Source of the DNA: the human T2T-CHM13v2.0 reference genome, Homo sapiens | DNA length: 64,000 bases | Direction: 5' to 3' (one strand) | Assembly: GCF_009914755.1 (NCBI RefSeq) | Contig: NC_060938.1 | Part shown: positions 1 through 18,829 of the stretch, piece after piece | Layout: each line of letters begins with the position of its first letter | Position numbering within the stretch: position 1 is the first letter of the stretch | Program-made: the position numbers and the translations under genes | Notes under the pieces: model-generated | Seen by the model: only the letters and a program-made list of their open reading frames with translations | The model's database searches: none | What the model was told of the DNA's origin: nothing

Positions 1-2
1 GG

Positions 3-695
<693 letters not shown>

Positions 696-896
696 TGAGA
701 AGGGGCGTCTGTTCAAGCCTCACGCACACGGTGGCGATTTCCAGAACGAATTCCTATCCAGTCCCAACCAACCCTTCCGTTAGATGGGAGCCTGAGGCCC
801 CACGCGGGGGGAAATCGGGGACCCCCGGCGCGCCGACGGGCAGGGAGGCTGCTGGATGGGAGTTTGCGGGAGTTGACTCTCCGGTTGGGCGGCTGA

Positions 897-1202
<306 letters not shown>

Positions 1203-1205
1203 TGA

Positions 1206-1358
<153 letters not shown>

Positions 1359-1390
1359 TAGGGCTCGCCCGCTCCTGTGCGGGCGCAGCG

Positions 1391-1408
1391 TGGCCAGCAG
1401 GGGGCGCG
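1391..1408 (+). promoter_or_regulatory. CTCF consensus motif
   Basis: TGGCCAGCAGGGGGCGCG matches the CTCF core CCASYAGRKGGCRS. Confidence 0.65.
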
Positions 1409-1465
1409 CGAGCGCCGGGAACCTGGATGGAGGGGAGTGCGCGCGCGTGGAGGGGGCAGAGGTGA

Positions 1466-1763
1466 GGAGTGTGTGTGTGTGTTTGTGTCTGTGTGTTGGT
1501 GGATCTGAGGGGTGTGTGTGCGTGTGTGTGTAGCAGAGTTGGGGGGTGTGTGTGCGTGTGTGATGGAGCTGAGGGTGTGTGCCTGTGTGTGCATGCGTGG
1601 AGAGCTGAGGCTGTGTGTGTGCGTGTTTGGCAGAGCTGAGGGCTGTGTGTGTGTGTGTGTGTGTGTGTTGGAGCTAAGAGGTGTTTATGCATGTGCGTGT
1701 AGGGGTGGAGCTGAGTGGTGTGTGTGTGTCAGAGCCTAGATGCGTGTGTCTTGTGTGTGTGTG
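1466..1763. repeat. Compound GT-rich repeat: (TG)n runs with GGAGCTGAG spacers
   Basis: Seen directly. Confidence 0.9.
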
Positions 1764-2926
1764 TCCATCCGAGCAGGGGCCCTGGGGGAGTGTGGATGGC
1801 TCTTCAAGGCTGAGCAGAGGCCGAGGGGTTCCAGCTCCCTGCCTGCTGCCCTGGGCTCCATTTTTCCCTCCCTTCATCCCAGGCAGCATTTCTTCCATCT
1901 TGGGACACCTCCTTCTCTGGGAAGCCTCCCTCAGCCTGCACCCTGGGCTTTGCTGGGGTGAGGTCTGGGTCTCTGTGTCCCCAGAAGGCAGACGCCCTCC
2001 CTGTGGGCTGGCAGTAGCTGTTGGCCTTCCGTGCCCTCAGCTCCAGGCCAGGCCTCAGCAGATGCGGCAGCGCCAGAGGCACAGACTGAGCCTCCCCATC
2101 TGGGTTTATCCTTTTTTAAAAGTGTGTAAATTTTAGTGTCCCGAAGTACTTCTCATTTGTCTGACTTCAAAGAACAGCTGTGCCACCTGCTGGCTGTGTG
2201 CTCCGGGACAAGCCACCTCCCCTCTGTGGCTCTTTTGCCACCTGTCAAATAGGATCAGAGCACCTGCTCCCTGGGGTGGTGTGGGACCTCTGTGCCTCAG
2301 GGGACTCAGTTCCCATTGGCTCTTTGTGAGCACTTCTCAGTGCCAGGCACTTTGTGGGTGCCTTCCCTGCCTGACACGTCTCATCCCAAGCGCAGTATAC
2401 CCACGCACAGGTGCAGAGCACAGGCCTGGAAAGGAGGTGCCACTTGCCCGTGGCCACGTAGCCAGGAAGTGGTGGAGCTGGGACTTGAACTAGGCCTGCC
2501 TAAATCCAAAGCATGACCATCAGGCACTGCTTCTCCAACACTCTCGTCCTTAATCTGTGCCAGGCTTGTCCTTGGTGCTGGGACCCTGGGGTTTCAGCTC
2601 CAGGGAGCGTTCTCTGCCCCTTGGTAGGCAGCCTCTGGCCAAACCCTTGATGGAACTCCAGCCTGCTCTACTGTGTCCCTGGCTGCGGGGACTGCGTATA
2701 GCCTGGCCCTCAGTTTCCTCAACAGTGAAATAGGGACATGGTCACCTTCAGGGGGCAGTTATAAGGCTCAGGGTAGGGTATGTTCCAGGCATGGCTATGC
2801 CGCACTGTTTATCACCAAGAGGGATGGAAGGTCTGTCCCAGAGCTGCCAGAGGGGAACGGGTCAGCCACCCCTGACCCACCCCTTTGTGACTGGCTCCCT
2901 GGGCTTCTGTGCTGTCCCCCACTTGA

Positions 2927-3286
<360 letters not shown>

Positions 3287-3672
3287 TGAGCTCATGGGTG
3301 TGTGTGTAGGGTAGTGGGCAGGGGACCCAGGTGAGGTCCCAGCTGAGCAGGGGCGGCTGGGAGACGCCTGCCTTCTCACTTCAGTCTCCAGCTCTTAGTG
3401 GTCACCCCCGAAGCCTGGGATGGTGGGTCCACGGATCCAGGCCCAGGGTCCTCACCCAGTCCCTCAAGGCTTCTCCAGGGCATGCCCTGAGCAGATCTGA
3501 CTGCACAGACTCAAACCCTGCCCCTAGAGCTTGGGGCCTGGGAGAGGCATTCTGGGAAAGGGCTCGTGACATAACCTGTGGCTAGGAGAGGGAATGGCAC
3601 CCCAAACCCAGGAGGGAAGGGGTCAGGAGTGGCACACTGGGCTTCGAGGGAGGGGTTACGTTGCGGGCGTAG

Positions 3673-3879
<207 letters not shown>

Positions 3880-3900
3880 TGACCCTGACCCTGACCCTGA

Positions 3901-4080
<180 letters not shown>

Positions 4081-4578
4081 TGACTGCCCTTCGGTGCTCG
4101 CCTCTGTGTGGGGAGTGGTGGCAGTGACTAGGGCCTTAGCGCCGGGAGGGCTTTTGGCAGGAGTGGTTCTCCCCACTCTGGATCAGGTGGAACAGGGACT
4201 GGGGCGCCTGTGGGGCTGGGGGGTGGAGGGAACCAGGTGGGAGGGCGGCACTTTGCATACATTTGCATACAGTTTGCAGGGGTGCGGGGAAGGGGCGAGG
4301 GTCACAGCCCCATCTCACGGTCAGGGCCTTTGGGAGGTGTCCCCCACCTCAGGCCAGAGCCCTCAGAGTGGAGGCACCAGCGCCCCTGCACACCCCTCGT
4401 CTGCCCCCTAGCAGTGCTTTCAGGCTGGCCTCGGTTTTCCTGTCCAAGCAGGATGGGATCGGAGGGGAGATGAAGGCTGTGTAGCCAGCCCATGAGCCCT
4501 CGGTGCCCAGGCACGCTCCCGTTCTGTTTTGGGGGAGGCAGTCCCGGCACCGAGCCAGAGTGACTACAGGAGGGCTGA

Positions 4579-4887
<309 letters not shown>

Positions 4888-5427
4888 TGACTGCCCAGGG
4901 GCCTGAAGACCAGAGGCAGGAGGTAGGCCTTGGACCCTCAGACCCTCAAGGCTGGAGGGGGAATGGAGAGAGCCCCTTCTCCTAATCTGCTCTTGGCCAT
5001 CCTCCATCAGCCCCACCGGGGGTGGGCACGCCTCCAGTCCTGGAATCTGAGGGGGAGGCGGACCCCCCACCCCTGGGGAGAAAGCCCTCTCTGAAAGCCA
5101 GGGGATTCTGAGACCTGGTCAGGAGGAAGGAGGTTTTGATCCCGGGTTGTGCTGGGGGGTCGGTGAGTCATCCAAGCCTTTGGAAATCCCAGCTCGAATC
5201 TCTCCAAGTCCATTCTTTTGGAGATTCTGGGATGTGGAGCTCACAGAAAGCCCCTGGTTCATCCCCTTCCCCAGGCCACCCTGCCATGGGGTGGGGAAGG
5301 ATTCCCCATCCCCAGCAGGCCTGTCTTCCAGGCTGTGGCTCAGAGAGAGTGGCCCTTACATCACCCTGGGAGTTCCCCTCCAACTACTCCCCAACCCCGT
5401 TGGCCCCGTCACCCGCAGCTGCATCAC

Positions 5428-5690
5428 CCCCTCCCTCCCTCTCCACCACCTGTCCCCCGGTCTCCCTCTCTCCCTCGCCACCCTGCCCCCATGTCTCCCT
5501 CCCTCCCTCCCTCTCCACCCTGCCCCCATGTCTCCCTCCCTCCCTCCCTCTCCACCCTGCCCCCATGTCTCCCTCCTCCCTCCCTCTCCACCCTGTCCCC
5601 GTGTCTCCCTCCCTCTCCACCCTGTCCCTGGGTCTCCCTCTCTCTCCAGCCTGGGTCTCTCCACCCGGTCCCCAGGTCTCCCTCCACGCC
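5428..5690. repeat. C-rich degenerate minisatellite (~35-nt unit, CCCTGCCCCCATGTCTCCCTCC...CTCTCCA) in the last EXOC3L4 intron
   Basis: About 6-7 imperfect tandem units. Confidence 0.8.
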
Positions 5691-5925
5691 TTTGCGTGGG
5701 CTCTTTCCCACTCTGCACACCCCTCTCCTGTGCCCCTTCAAGCCCAGCTATGGTGTCCCCCAGGCCCACGCCCTGCCCCCTCCCCCAGCACAGCTCTTCC
5801 TGGCCTCAGTCAATCTGACCTCCCTGACCATCCTGGAATGCAGAGTGACTCATACTAACTCCCAAGCCCATGGGTTCGCCTCATGCTGGGGCTGGGGGTG
5901 TTGCGGAGGTGTAGGTCTGCAGTGA

Positions 5926-6138
<213 letters not shown>

Positions 6139-6455
6139 TTCTCTCTGGCTCGAGGGGGGGCCGGCCGCTGGCAGGGAGCTGTGGTCAGTGGGGGTCAGCC
6201 AGGAGCCCAGGGAGTCACTCTGGGCCCTGCCCCCAACTCTGACACTGCAGTTAGGGAATTTTTGTCGTCAGCAGCCAAGCGCAGCTGTCAGGCCAGAAGG
6301 AGCAGCCGTGCAGGAGGCATTTCAGGCATCGTTGAGGGGAGTGTTTTGGGGCTGCAGAGCTCTCAATGCTGCCTATCGGGCGGGGGGGGCCTCCCGCCCG
6401 ACTGTCCAGCTTCACCCTCCAGTCTGAAAGTGAAGAGCAGAGTATTTATTTAAAA

Positions 6456-6472
6456 AATAAATGTGAATTAAA
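6456..6472 (+). terminator. EXOC3L4: EXOC3L4 polyadenylation signals
   Basis: AATAAA 6456-6461 and ATTAAA 6467-6472, about 320 nt after the stop codon. Confidence 0.75.
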
Positions 6473-9236
6473 ATGGTGCCTCCCTAAGGAGTGGGCAGGG
6501 GATGGGAGACCTGGGTCCCGGTGTGCTGAAGGGCCAGGCCGGAGGCTGTCTGGTGACACTATTTGGTGGGTGGCCCTCTCATGCCTGTGGAAGCCACGGG
6601 AAGACTGAGGCAGGTCCAGAGCAGGGAAGGCCCATGCCTGTGGCTGCCCCCACCACGGCCCGGATCCACTGGCCTTGTGCCTGGTCAGCCTTGTCCCAGC
6701 CAAAGCAGACTCGGGGCTTCCTGGGAACAAAAAGAGGATAAGGCTGGTTCTGCAGCTTGAAGAATTTGGGTTAGATGTAGGAGGGACTTCTCAGCAGTGG
6801 AAGTTGTCAAGTTACTGCAGGGGGTGTGTCACCCATGGAGTGTGTGTCCGGGGGTGACCCTGAGGTGTCAGCAATGGAGGCAAGCGTAAGGAGACTGCTC
6901 CAGCGTGCACCTGCGTCCCCGCTTCTCTCTGCAAAGCTGCCGCTGAAATTTGGCGGCAGCCTGCGGGCTGGGGTGCTGGGAAACCTATTTGCATTGGCAG
7001 CCGGGCTGGCTGGGGAGGCTGAAAGTTGAGATGGGGAGATTTCCAGAGAGCAGCTGAGACAGGTGGTGACAGGTGCCCCTCCCAGCCCTCCACAGTGGGC
7101 CCCCATAGTGTCTCTGGGCCTGACCCTCACCCTGGCGGGAGTGGGGGGCAGGTGACTGCAGGTGGGCCAAGGTTCCAAGAGCTCCACAAACTTGGGTCGC
7201 CTGAGGACAGGGTAAGGAGTCTGAAAGGCTGTGGTGCCAGGCAAGCAGGGGGCGTGTCTATCCCCACTCCCTCCAGGCCCCCTCCCTGCACTGTGGACAG
7301 TCAGGGGGCAGTTCCCCGGGCAGACCTGCCCCGGTTCCTATGCCAGGGCTGGGGCCTGGAGCCTGAATCTTGCTGGGGCCTAGAGCCTGGGGGTTGAGTG
7401 CCTGGGGCTTGTCTGTCTCTTCTGGGAGCAAGTGCTGGGGCAGTGCCCTCCTCCATGGGGGCACCAGGGCTGGAGGTCAGGAGCAGGGCAGGCCAGGGCA
7501 AGGGAATATCCAGACCTCCCCTGGCAGGGTGGGGCAGGTGGGGCAGGAATGAGGAAGTGGGAGGGTTGGGGTTCCCCATCTCCAGGGCTGGGGTGGGGGC
7601 AGGTATGTGATGCTGGTGCCAATAAGCGGTCCCGTCCCTGATGGGAAAACAGGCTGGCAGATGCTCAGGATCCTCCCAGCCAGGGGCCAGAGGGGCATGT
7701 CTTTTCCCAGGGGAGGGGTCCAAGAGGGGGCAGGTGATTGACAGGTCAGCCTGTCCCCTGCTTGACCCCACCCCTGACCTGGTGGCCATGAGTGTCCCAG
7801 GCAGGGTGCATGGGAGGGGAGAAGGGAGGGCTTGGCCTGGTCTGGTCCTGGTCAGGTTCTCCCCAAGGAGCCCCTGCCACCCCCTTCCCCACCCTTCTGT
7901 CTCAAGCTCCTCACTGAGCCACTTGGCTGGAGCCAGAGGGTCCTGGGGCAGGGCTGTGGGGTTAAGGAGGGGGTTCCGTCCTGGCTCTGCCACTTCCCAC
8001 CTGTGAGAATGCAGGCAGGTTCTTTTATCTCACTGCTTCATTTTTTTTCCCAGCTGTGAAATGGGGGTGCTGTTAGTGCCTCCTCGGCTGGGGAGGGTGA
8101 AGTCAGAGCCAGCCATAAGGCCGGGGGCCTGGCCTCCCTGTGACCCCATGTTCCCAGAGGCCCACCTACGGGAAGGCCTTGGGCACCCTGGGGTTGGGGT
8201 GGTGGGGTGCTGAGGCTGGAGCAAAACCTGAGTTGAGTGGAGGTCACTGGGAGTGGGAGGCCCCAAGAGAGGCTGGGAAGAGGTGCTGAAGGCTGAGCGG
8301 CTTGTGGCAGAGGGAGGGGGCCCGGCTTAGACCCTGAGGGTTCCTAGGCCCGGAGACAGGAAGTCAGGGTTTTCCTGGCAGGAACTGTGTGCACATGTGC
8401 ACCTGTATCTCCATGCCAGGAGGGTGTGTATGCCATGTGTGCAGATCCTCCTGAACCCAGCGGTGGCTGGGGCTGGGACTTCCCAGGCCAAGCCAGGCCG
8501 AGCTGGGGGTGGGATGGCAGCTCCTAGAGGATGCAGTCAGGGAGGCTGGGGGCAGAGGCGGGGCCGAGACCGGGGCACCCTGGGTGCCTCAGTCCTGGGG
8601 TCTGGCCACTGGCCTTTCTGCTCTAAGGGGTGGAGGCTGAGCCCATGAGACCTTGCAATGAGCCTGCAGTGCTTCCTTGGCCATCTGTTGTCCAGGCCAA
8701 GCCTGCAGGGTGCCGGTGGGGGTGGGGCTGGCTCTCAGAGAGGTACTTGGGTTCTCATTGGCCAGGTCACCTGGCTGATAAGTGTGTGTGTGTGTGTGTG
8801 TGTCTGTGCACGTGTACCTATGTGCACCAGCCCCTGTCAGCACCCCCAGGATGGAGGCCCTTGCCTAGTCTCCTCACTCCTCTCAGAAAGCAGGACAGCC
8901 TGGAACCATCCTACTTGCCCCCAAGCTCAGCCCCCAGGCCCTGCCTGCCGGCCCCTGGCCCGCAGCCTTGGCCAGTGCCTGTTCCCTGCTGCATGGCCCA
9001 GGTCTCCTCCCTCTTCAGGGCCAGCTGGGCTTCCCCCAGTGCCACCGTGGCCTGGGGCTCCTGCATGTCCTGGGGTTCCCTCTGGTCTCTGTCCCTGAGC
9101 TTGAGGTCCTTGAGACTGGGTCTGCTCTGTGAATCTTCTGGGGCCCCACCCCAGGCCCAACTGGGAGGGCAGAGAGAAACCACAGAGAACCCACATGCCC
9201 CAGACCCGCACACTCTGGTCTGCAGAGATGATCCAC

Positions 9237-9342
9237 TGTGTGTGTGTGTGTATATATGTATGTATGTGTGTGTGTGTGTGTGTATGTATGTGTGTGTGTA
9301 TATGTGTGTGTGTGTATGTGTGTGTGTGTGCACACACACACA
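9237..9342. repeat. (TG/TA)n microsatellite ending in (CA)n
   Basis: Seen directly. Confidence 0.9.
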
Positions 9343-10492
9343 CCTGCTGGCCCAGCGACAGCGTGTGTGGGGTGAGAGGAGACTGGGGAGCTGCCTCCCC
9401 CAGCTCAGGCTGGGGCCCAGCAGCCCTCCGAGGCCATCTCTCCCTCCTGGTGTCTGGGCCTGGCCCCTGCTTGAGTGTGTCATGTGGGAGACACACGAGG
9501 CTGAGCCATGCAGGCATGTGTTCCAGTCTCAGCTCTGCCCCTTCTAGCGGGGGACCCAGTTTTCTTGTTGGTAACATGGGAGGGAGTGCCCAGTAGGGAG
9601 CCAGTGAACCTGTTCACAGCGTTCCTGACAAGAGGGTGTGCTGTGAGTGACGGTCCGTGTGTCCCCTCCAGGCCTGCACAGAGTGCCCTCTTCCTTCCTC
9701 GCCTGGTGACCCCAGCCCCTCCCTTCCTGGCTTCAGTACCCAGTGGGCCCCTATGCGTGGGGGCAGCATCCCCAGCGGCTGGAAGGTTACTGCAGGACCC
9801 CTCACTGCTGCCCACATTGGGAGAGGAGGCTGCAGGGTCCCCAAGGCTACCCCCGTCCCCAAACTTCCTTCCTTTGCCACCGCAAAGAAGCCCCAGGGCC
9901 GCCGTCGGCGCATGCAACTCACAGGCCATCATGAGGCCCAGGGGGGTGGCCAGGAGTGGGCTGCCCCACAACACTGCCCGTCCCCCCCCTTCCCTGTGGA
10001 AGGCTGGTCAGTGGGCACCTGCCGGCCACTGTGCTGCAACAAGACTGCCGCTGCAGAGGGCGGGGTCCACAGTGCCCCAGGTCACAGGATCAGATCCTGC
10101 TGGGAGCCACCCAAATCTCAGCCTGGCCTCCTGGGACCCTGGTCTTGGGAAACACTTGGAGGGGAGTGAAACTTGGACAAGTCACACCCACCCCTCGGTC
10201 CATCCTCTCCTGGGCCCTGGGGGCCTGGGCCTCTCCAGGGACACCCTCACTTCTGTCTGCACATATGCCCACCCATCTATTAGCAGCCTTAAAAATGTGT
10301 TAAATGCTTAATAATGTGTTGGGTAGCAATACGTTCACATAGGTCAAAATTTAAAAGATACGCAAAGGGTATAGGGTAAAAAGTCCCCTTCTTATCTCTA
10401 GTCTTCCTGCTCCCATTCCCAGAAGTGACCGAGGTTCCTTGTGGGACACTTGAGTTGTTAAAAAGGGATTCTTGCCCAAGGGATTTATATGA

Positions 10493-10914
<422 letters not shown>

Positions 10915-10986
10915 TGAGGAACTCAAGGCTCTTAGACGGATAGAATCCTCAAATAATGGGCTCTTAGAATCTTGGGGAAAACAAAA

Positions 10987-11772
<786 letters not shown>

Positions 11773-12363
11773 TCATGAGAAGCTCTGCTGTTTGTGGGGC
11801 GCCCACCATGTGCTTTACTCTGGTGGTGTATGATGTTCCTGCTTTCCCTGGACTCAGGGCTGGCATTTCGAATCAGCTTCTGGACTCAGACACCTCTGGG
11901 CTGGAATCCTAGCTCTGCGCCTTCCTAGCTGTGTGACCTGTGTGAGTCACTCCACCTCTCTGGGTTCCATCTCCCTGTGTAAACTGGGGAGGATTACACA
12001 AGAAAATGCAAGAGTTGGCTGGAGGAGGGCCTGGCTCTCCAAGAGCATCCTCCTACCTGTGGCATTCGTTGTTATTTATCTGCACTACCTCCTTTAAGCC
12101 ATCCCTGCCAACCCTCTGAGTGTGCCAGTGCCATCTCCAGGAGGTCCCAAGGAAATGTCACTGTCCCAAGCAATGTATGGAAAGACACAGCTCTAAGCAG
12201 TGGAGTACCAGGGCCCAGGTGGTCTCCACGCCTCAGCCCACAGTGGGATGCCCTCCTTCTCCAAAGTCTGGAAGTCAGAGCTCCTGGCTGTCCGGCAAGG
12301 AGGGGGCTCCCAGAACCTGGGCTGGAGGCAGTCACAGGGCCTGCGTGGTTTTTGAGCAGCCTC

Positions 12364-13913
<1,550 letters not shown>

Positions 13914-13959
13914 TACTTCAGTGCTTCATGACTTGGATATAGTCTCTCCCGGTAACACC

Positions 13960-14055
13960 TCCCCTCCCCTCCTCTTCCCTCCCCTCCCCTCCCCTCCTCT
14001 TCCCTCCCCTCCCCTCCCCTCCTCTTCCTTCCCCTTCCCTCCCCTCTCCTCCCCG
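13960..14055. repeat. (CCCCT)n polypyrimidine repeat
   Basis: Seen directly. Confidence 0.9.
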
Positions 14056-15299
14056 ACTTCCTTCTCCAAACAGCCCCATGAAGCAGCACTGGGCTTCCCA
14101 AGAGAGGTCCTGCCACGTGACTGGCCTCTGTCATTGGCAGAACCCTGCATAGGCCGTAGCTCTGCAGCTGTTTTCCTGGAAATTATGCCGGCTCCGAGAA
14201 GGGCCCATGTTCTACAGGAACCCCAGGCAGAAGGGACCGGAGCTGCACTTGGGCATTTTGCATCAGTACCAGAGAGCTGTGGTGAAAGACTAGAGTTTTA
14301 GGAGAGCTGAACTTGGGGAGGAGAGTGGCCGCTTGCAGCTGGCATAGAGAACTTCCTATGCCCATGAGTTCCACCAGGACCCACTCCTCCAGGAAGCCCT
14401 CCTACACCACACTATTTGGAAGGCCACTGGGGTTGGGGTCCTGCTGCCCCATAGGCCCTGCTTTCTCTCCCATGGCCCTTCTCCAGCAAGGACAGTGGGT
14501 CAGGCTCATGGAATAGCTGCAGAAGCCATACCTCATCAGGCCTCGGTTTCTCCATCTGCCAAATACGAAAAGGAATCCTTGGCCTGGCTTCCTCCTAGGA
14601 GGAAAGGGGCAGGGGGGCTATCAACAAATCGACAGTGTCCCGTGGGGCTGGGGTGGGGCACCGCCTGATGGTACATGTCTGGGCTGCTGAGGGTCCTCAT
14701 GCTCCCTCCTTTGCAGGAGGGGATGTGCCGTGAAAGTGGCTCCTGGTCAGCTGTCCTGGCCATCCCACAGTCCCGGAGGAGGTCAGCAGACTTCAGCCAG
14801 GGTCTCATGGAGCTGTAGGTGATGCTGAGCAAGTCACTGCTCCTCTTGGGGAAGGCTGGGTGGCAGCAGGGACCTCAGGCTTAAGGCCTCAACCTCTGTG
14901 CCTGCTTCTCTGAGACTCAGTTTCCTCATCTGTCAACAGGGAACACAATGGCCCCACCCCATGCAGACAGTAGGGCATCCCCAGGAAGAGTCTCAGGGCT
15001 GGTGACAGCCTGAGAAGTGAAAGGGAGAAGCAGGGTGAGTGTTGGGGTCCTGGGAACCAGGGTTAGGGCAGTGGGAAGTGCAAGTCATCATGCAGAGGGA
15101 AGTGGGCCCGGGCTGCTGGGGGAGGGGCTAGGTGACCCACCCTGAGGTCAGCACCACTCTTGTGACCAAGGCTAGCAGCTGCAGCCACGCCTCTGGCCAG
15201 GCCCAGCCACCTATAGGCCCTCTGCCCCTCGTGATCACCCACCACCCTGGGCCCTGCTCCAGGTTGCTCTCCCTTCTGCCTTCGACTGCCCTCTTCTTC

Positions 15300-15631
<332 letters not shown>

Positions 15632-15989
15632 CCAACTGCCCCTCTTCTAGAGAGCTTTCCTCTAGGTGCCTTCAAGAATGCAGAGAGAGGGCCAGTAATG
15701 TGCCTCCCTGTGTTATTCTCTGGTCCGTGCTGAATCGGCCTTTTCTGCTGCCCTACAGGGCGCAGGTGGAGGTTTAATTAATGGACTAAATGAGGTAATG
15801 AAAAAGATTGGGAAAAATTTTTTTCAAGGTGAAAAAGGAGTGAAGGATAGTACCTCCCATTTCTGCATCTAAACTCCTTGGTCTAGAAGTCCTTTCTTGT
15901 GTCTGACTTAAATACATCAAGCTGAATTTCAGACGCTGAGCAACGTTGGAGGAGAAGCAAGATAACACTGTGCTTAGTGAAGGGGCTCC

Positions 15990-16135
15990 TAGCTTCACCA
16001 CTGGCTGGCACATGACTGGACCGCTCTGTGCCTCAGTTTCCTCATCTGTGAAAAGAAGAGAGTTAGTGCCCACTTCATTAGGCTGTCCGATGAAATCGGC
16101 TAATGTATACAAAACACTTAGAACAACGCCTGGCA
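15990..16135 (+). mobile_element. MIR fragment
   Basis: Core CTCTGTGCCTCAGTTTCCTCATCTGTGAAA...CTTAGAACA..GCCTGGCAC. Confidence 0.7.
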
Positions 16136-16159
16136 CCGGTGGAGATCAACAAACATCAG

Positions 16160-17030
<871 letters not shown>

Positions 17031-18371
17031 AACAGTCAGCTGTCATTGCTCTGGCAGACAGAAGGGAGGGAACATCCCATGTGTCGTAGCCTCTGAGGCC
17101 CTGGGTTGCGTGCGAGGAGCTGACCGTGGCTCCTGGCCAGGTGCTGGCACACTCGCCTTCTAGGCTAAATGGAGAGGTCATTGCCAGTCTGCTCCTGTCT
17201 GCTGCCCTCCCCACCAGGCAGAGCCCCCTGCTCACTGCCCCTGGCCTGTGCCCTGGGGAGCTGGGGAATGGGACAGCCGCTGGCCACTGGTCACAAACAT
17301 CGCCACCCAGCATGTGATGCTGGCTTCCTGCTGGGGAGGAGCCGTAGGCTGGCCTTTGGCTCCTCTGGAAGTGCCTGGCCTCTTGGGAACTGCTTTCTGC
17401 ATCTGCGAGAAGAGGGTAAGGACTGCTCCTGCCCTATGGGCCCCATTGGCTGTCATCCCTTGGGCCTCCATGCTGCCCCATTTTCAGAAGACTTTCCTTG
17501 TCTTGAGGACTTCACGTATGTTACCATTGACCCTCATGCCTGAGCTTAGAGAGGGGAAGTGACTGGTGCAGACACAAGTCCAAGGCAGCAGCCTCGTTTC
17601 CCAATCCCCAGCCGGTGCTCTGGGCGGGCCACTGCCGTCAGTGGGGGACAAGGGTGGCAGCCCCGCCTCAGCCCTGCAAAGCCCGTGGAGACCAGGGGCT
17701 GCCTTCGAGGGGACAGTGGGGCCTAAGGCCTGACAACGCCCTCCTGGCAGATGCAGACTTCCCGAGCAATTTCCCGATCTGCTTGGGAATGGGAGGGGGG
17801 GTGAGGGGGTGGGGTGGGGGAACAGAGTCTGGCAGGAGAGGCTTGTGGGGATTGCACAATGAGGCCACAGCAGCCAGCCGTGAAGGCAGCCACCGGCCAG
17901 GGCCCCTCAGCCCGTATCCTCATCGCCCCTGTGTGGATGAACTCCATCTGCGCGGTGCCGGTGGAAGGACCCTCCCAGCCCCGGGACACCGCGGCTCTGT
18001 GGACTCATCTGAAAAATGTCATCCCTGGAGTCCTAGGAGAGAAGGGGTGGGGTTGGCAGCCTTAACGCCCCATCCTGCATCCTGGCGGCCTCCCGCATCC
18101 GCTCCCCCACAGGTTCCCCAGAGACAGGATGATGGATGGCAATCCGAGTGCAAACCTGGCGCTTGGCCAGCACTCTGGAAGAGGAAGTTCTCAGTTCCCA
18201 GGGCACCTGAACCCACAGCCGCCCCCACTCCGCTGGCCCCCCTGGTCCTGGAAGACCTGTTACTAGGCTGCAGAAGGGGTGGCGGAGTGATCAGGGGGCG
18301 GGGAAAGAGGCCAAACAAAAGAGGGGAGGAGCAGAGGCCCCAGTGAGGCAGGAGGGAAGCCCCTGCCCAGC

Positions 18372-18381
18372 GGGAAATTCC
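18372..18381 (+). promoter_or_regulatory. NF-kB site in the TNFAIP2 upstream enhancer
   Basis: GGGAAATTCC, a perfect GGGRNWYYCC match, with an ETS-like AGGAAGTG about 60 nt downstream; fits the known TNF/NF-kB induction of TNFAIP2. Confidence 0.7.
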
Positions 18382-18829
18382 TAAATGTCTGGGTCCTTTC
18401 CAGAGGGCAGGAATTCCTAGCCTAGAGTGTGAAATAAGGAAGGAAGTGAATCTCCAGTGGGTTCCCTTCACAGCCCCTTTCCATCCTCCCCACATGCCCC
18501 ACCCCCACATCTCCCAAAACAAACCCTGAGAGACGGTGTGGATGGGGAGACAGGCCTGGAAACGGAGGCCTGCGCTGAATGGGCAAAGCCGGGTTGATGA
18601 TCCAGACGAGGCCCTGGAGTCTGGGCCTTGGGCCCCTCCCCTTCTGCCTGCTCCGGCAGCCTGTGGGTCCAGCCCCAGCCCCAGAGGGGGAAAGGCTCCA
18701 GTGGGAGTCCCATAGGCCTGGCTAGGAACCCCACTCCGCTACTTAAAGTGGTGTGAGCCGGGTCAGCCACTTCACCTTTCCGCATTTACGCATTTCAAGC
18801 AAGGCTTGACGACCGGAGGGGCTCAAGGC

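Noticed and set aside
5136-5925. 220-240-aa Pro/Ser-rich ORFs
   Set aside because: Translation of a C-rich intronic minisatellite.
8630-10311. 305-aa and 267-aa intergenic ORFs
   Set aside because: They span TG microsatellites or GC-rich sequence, with no homology or exon structure I can recognise.
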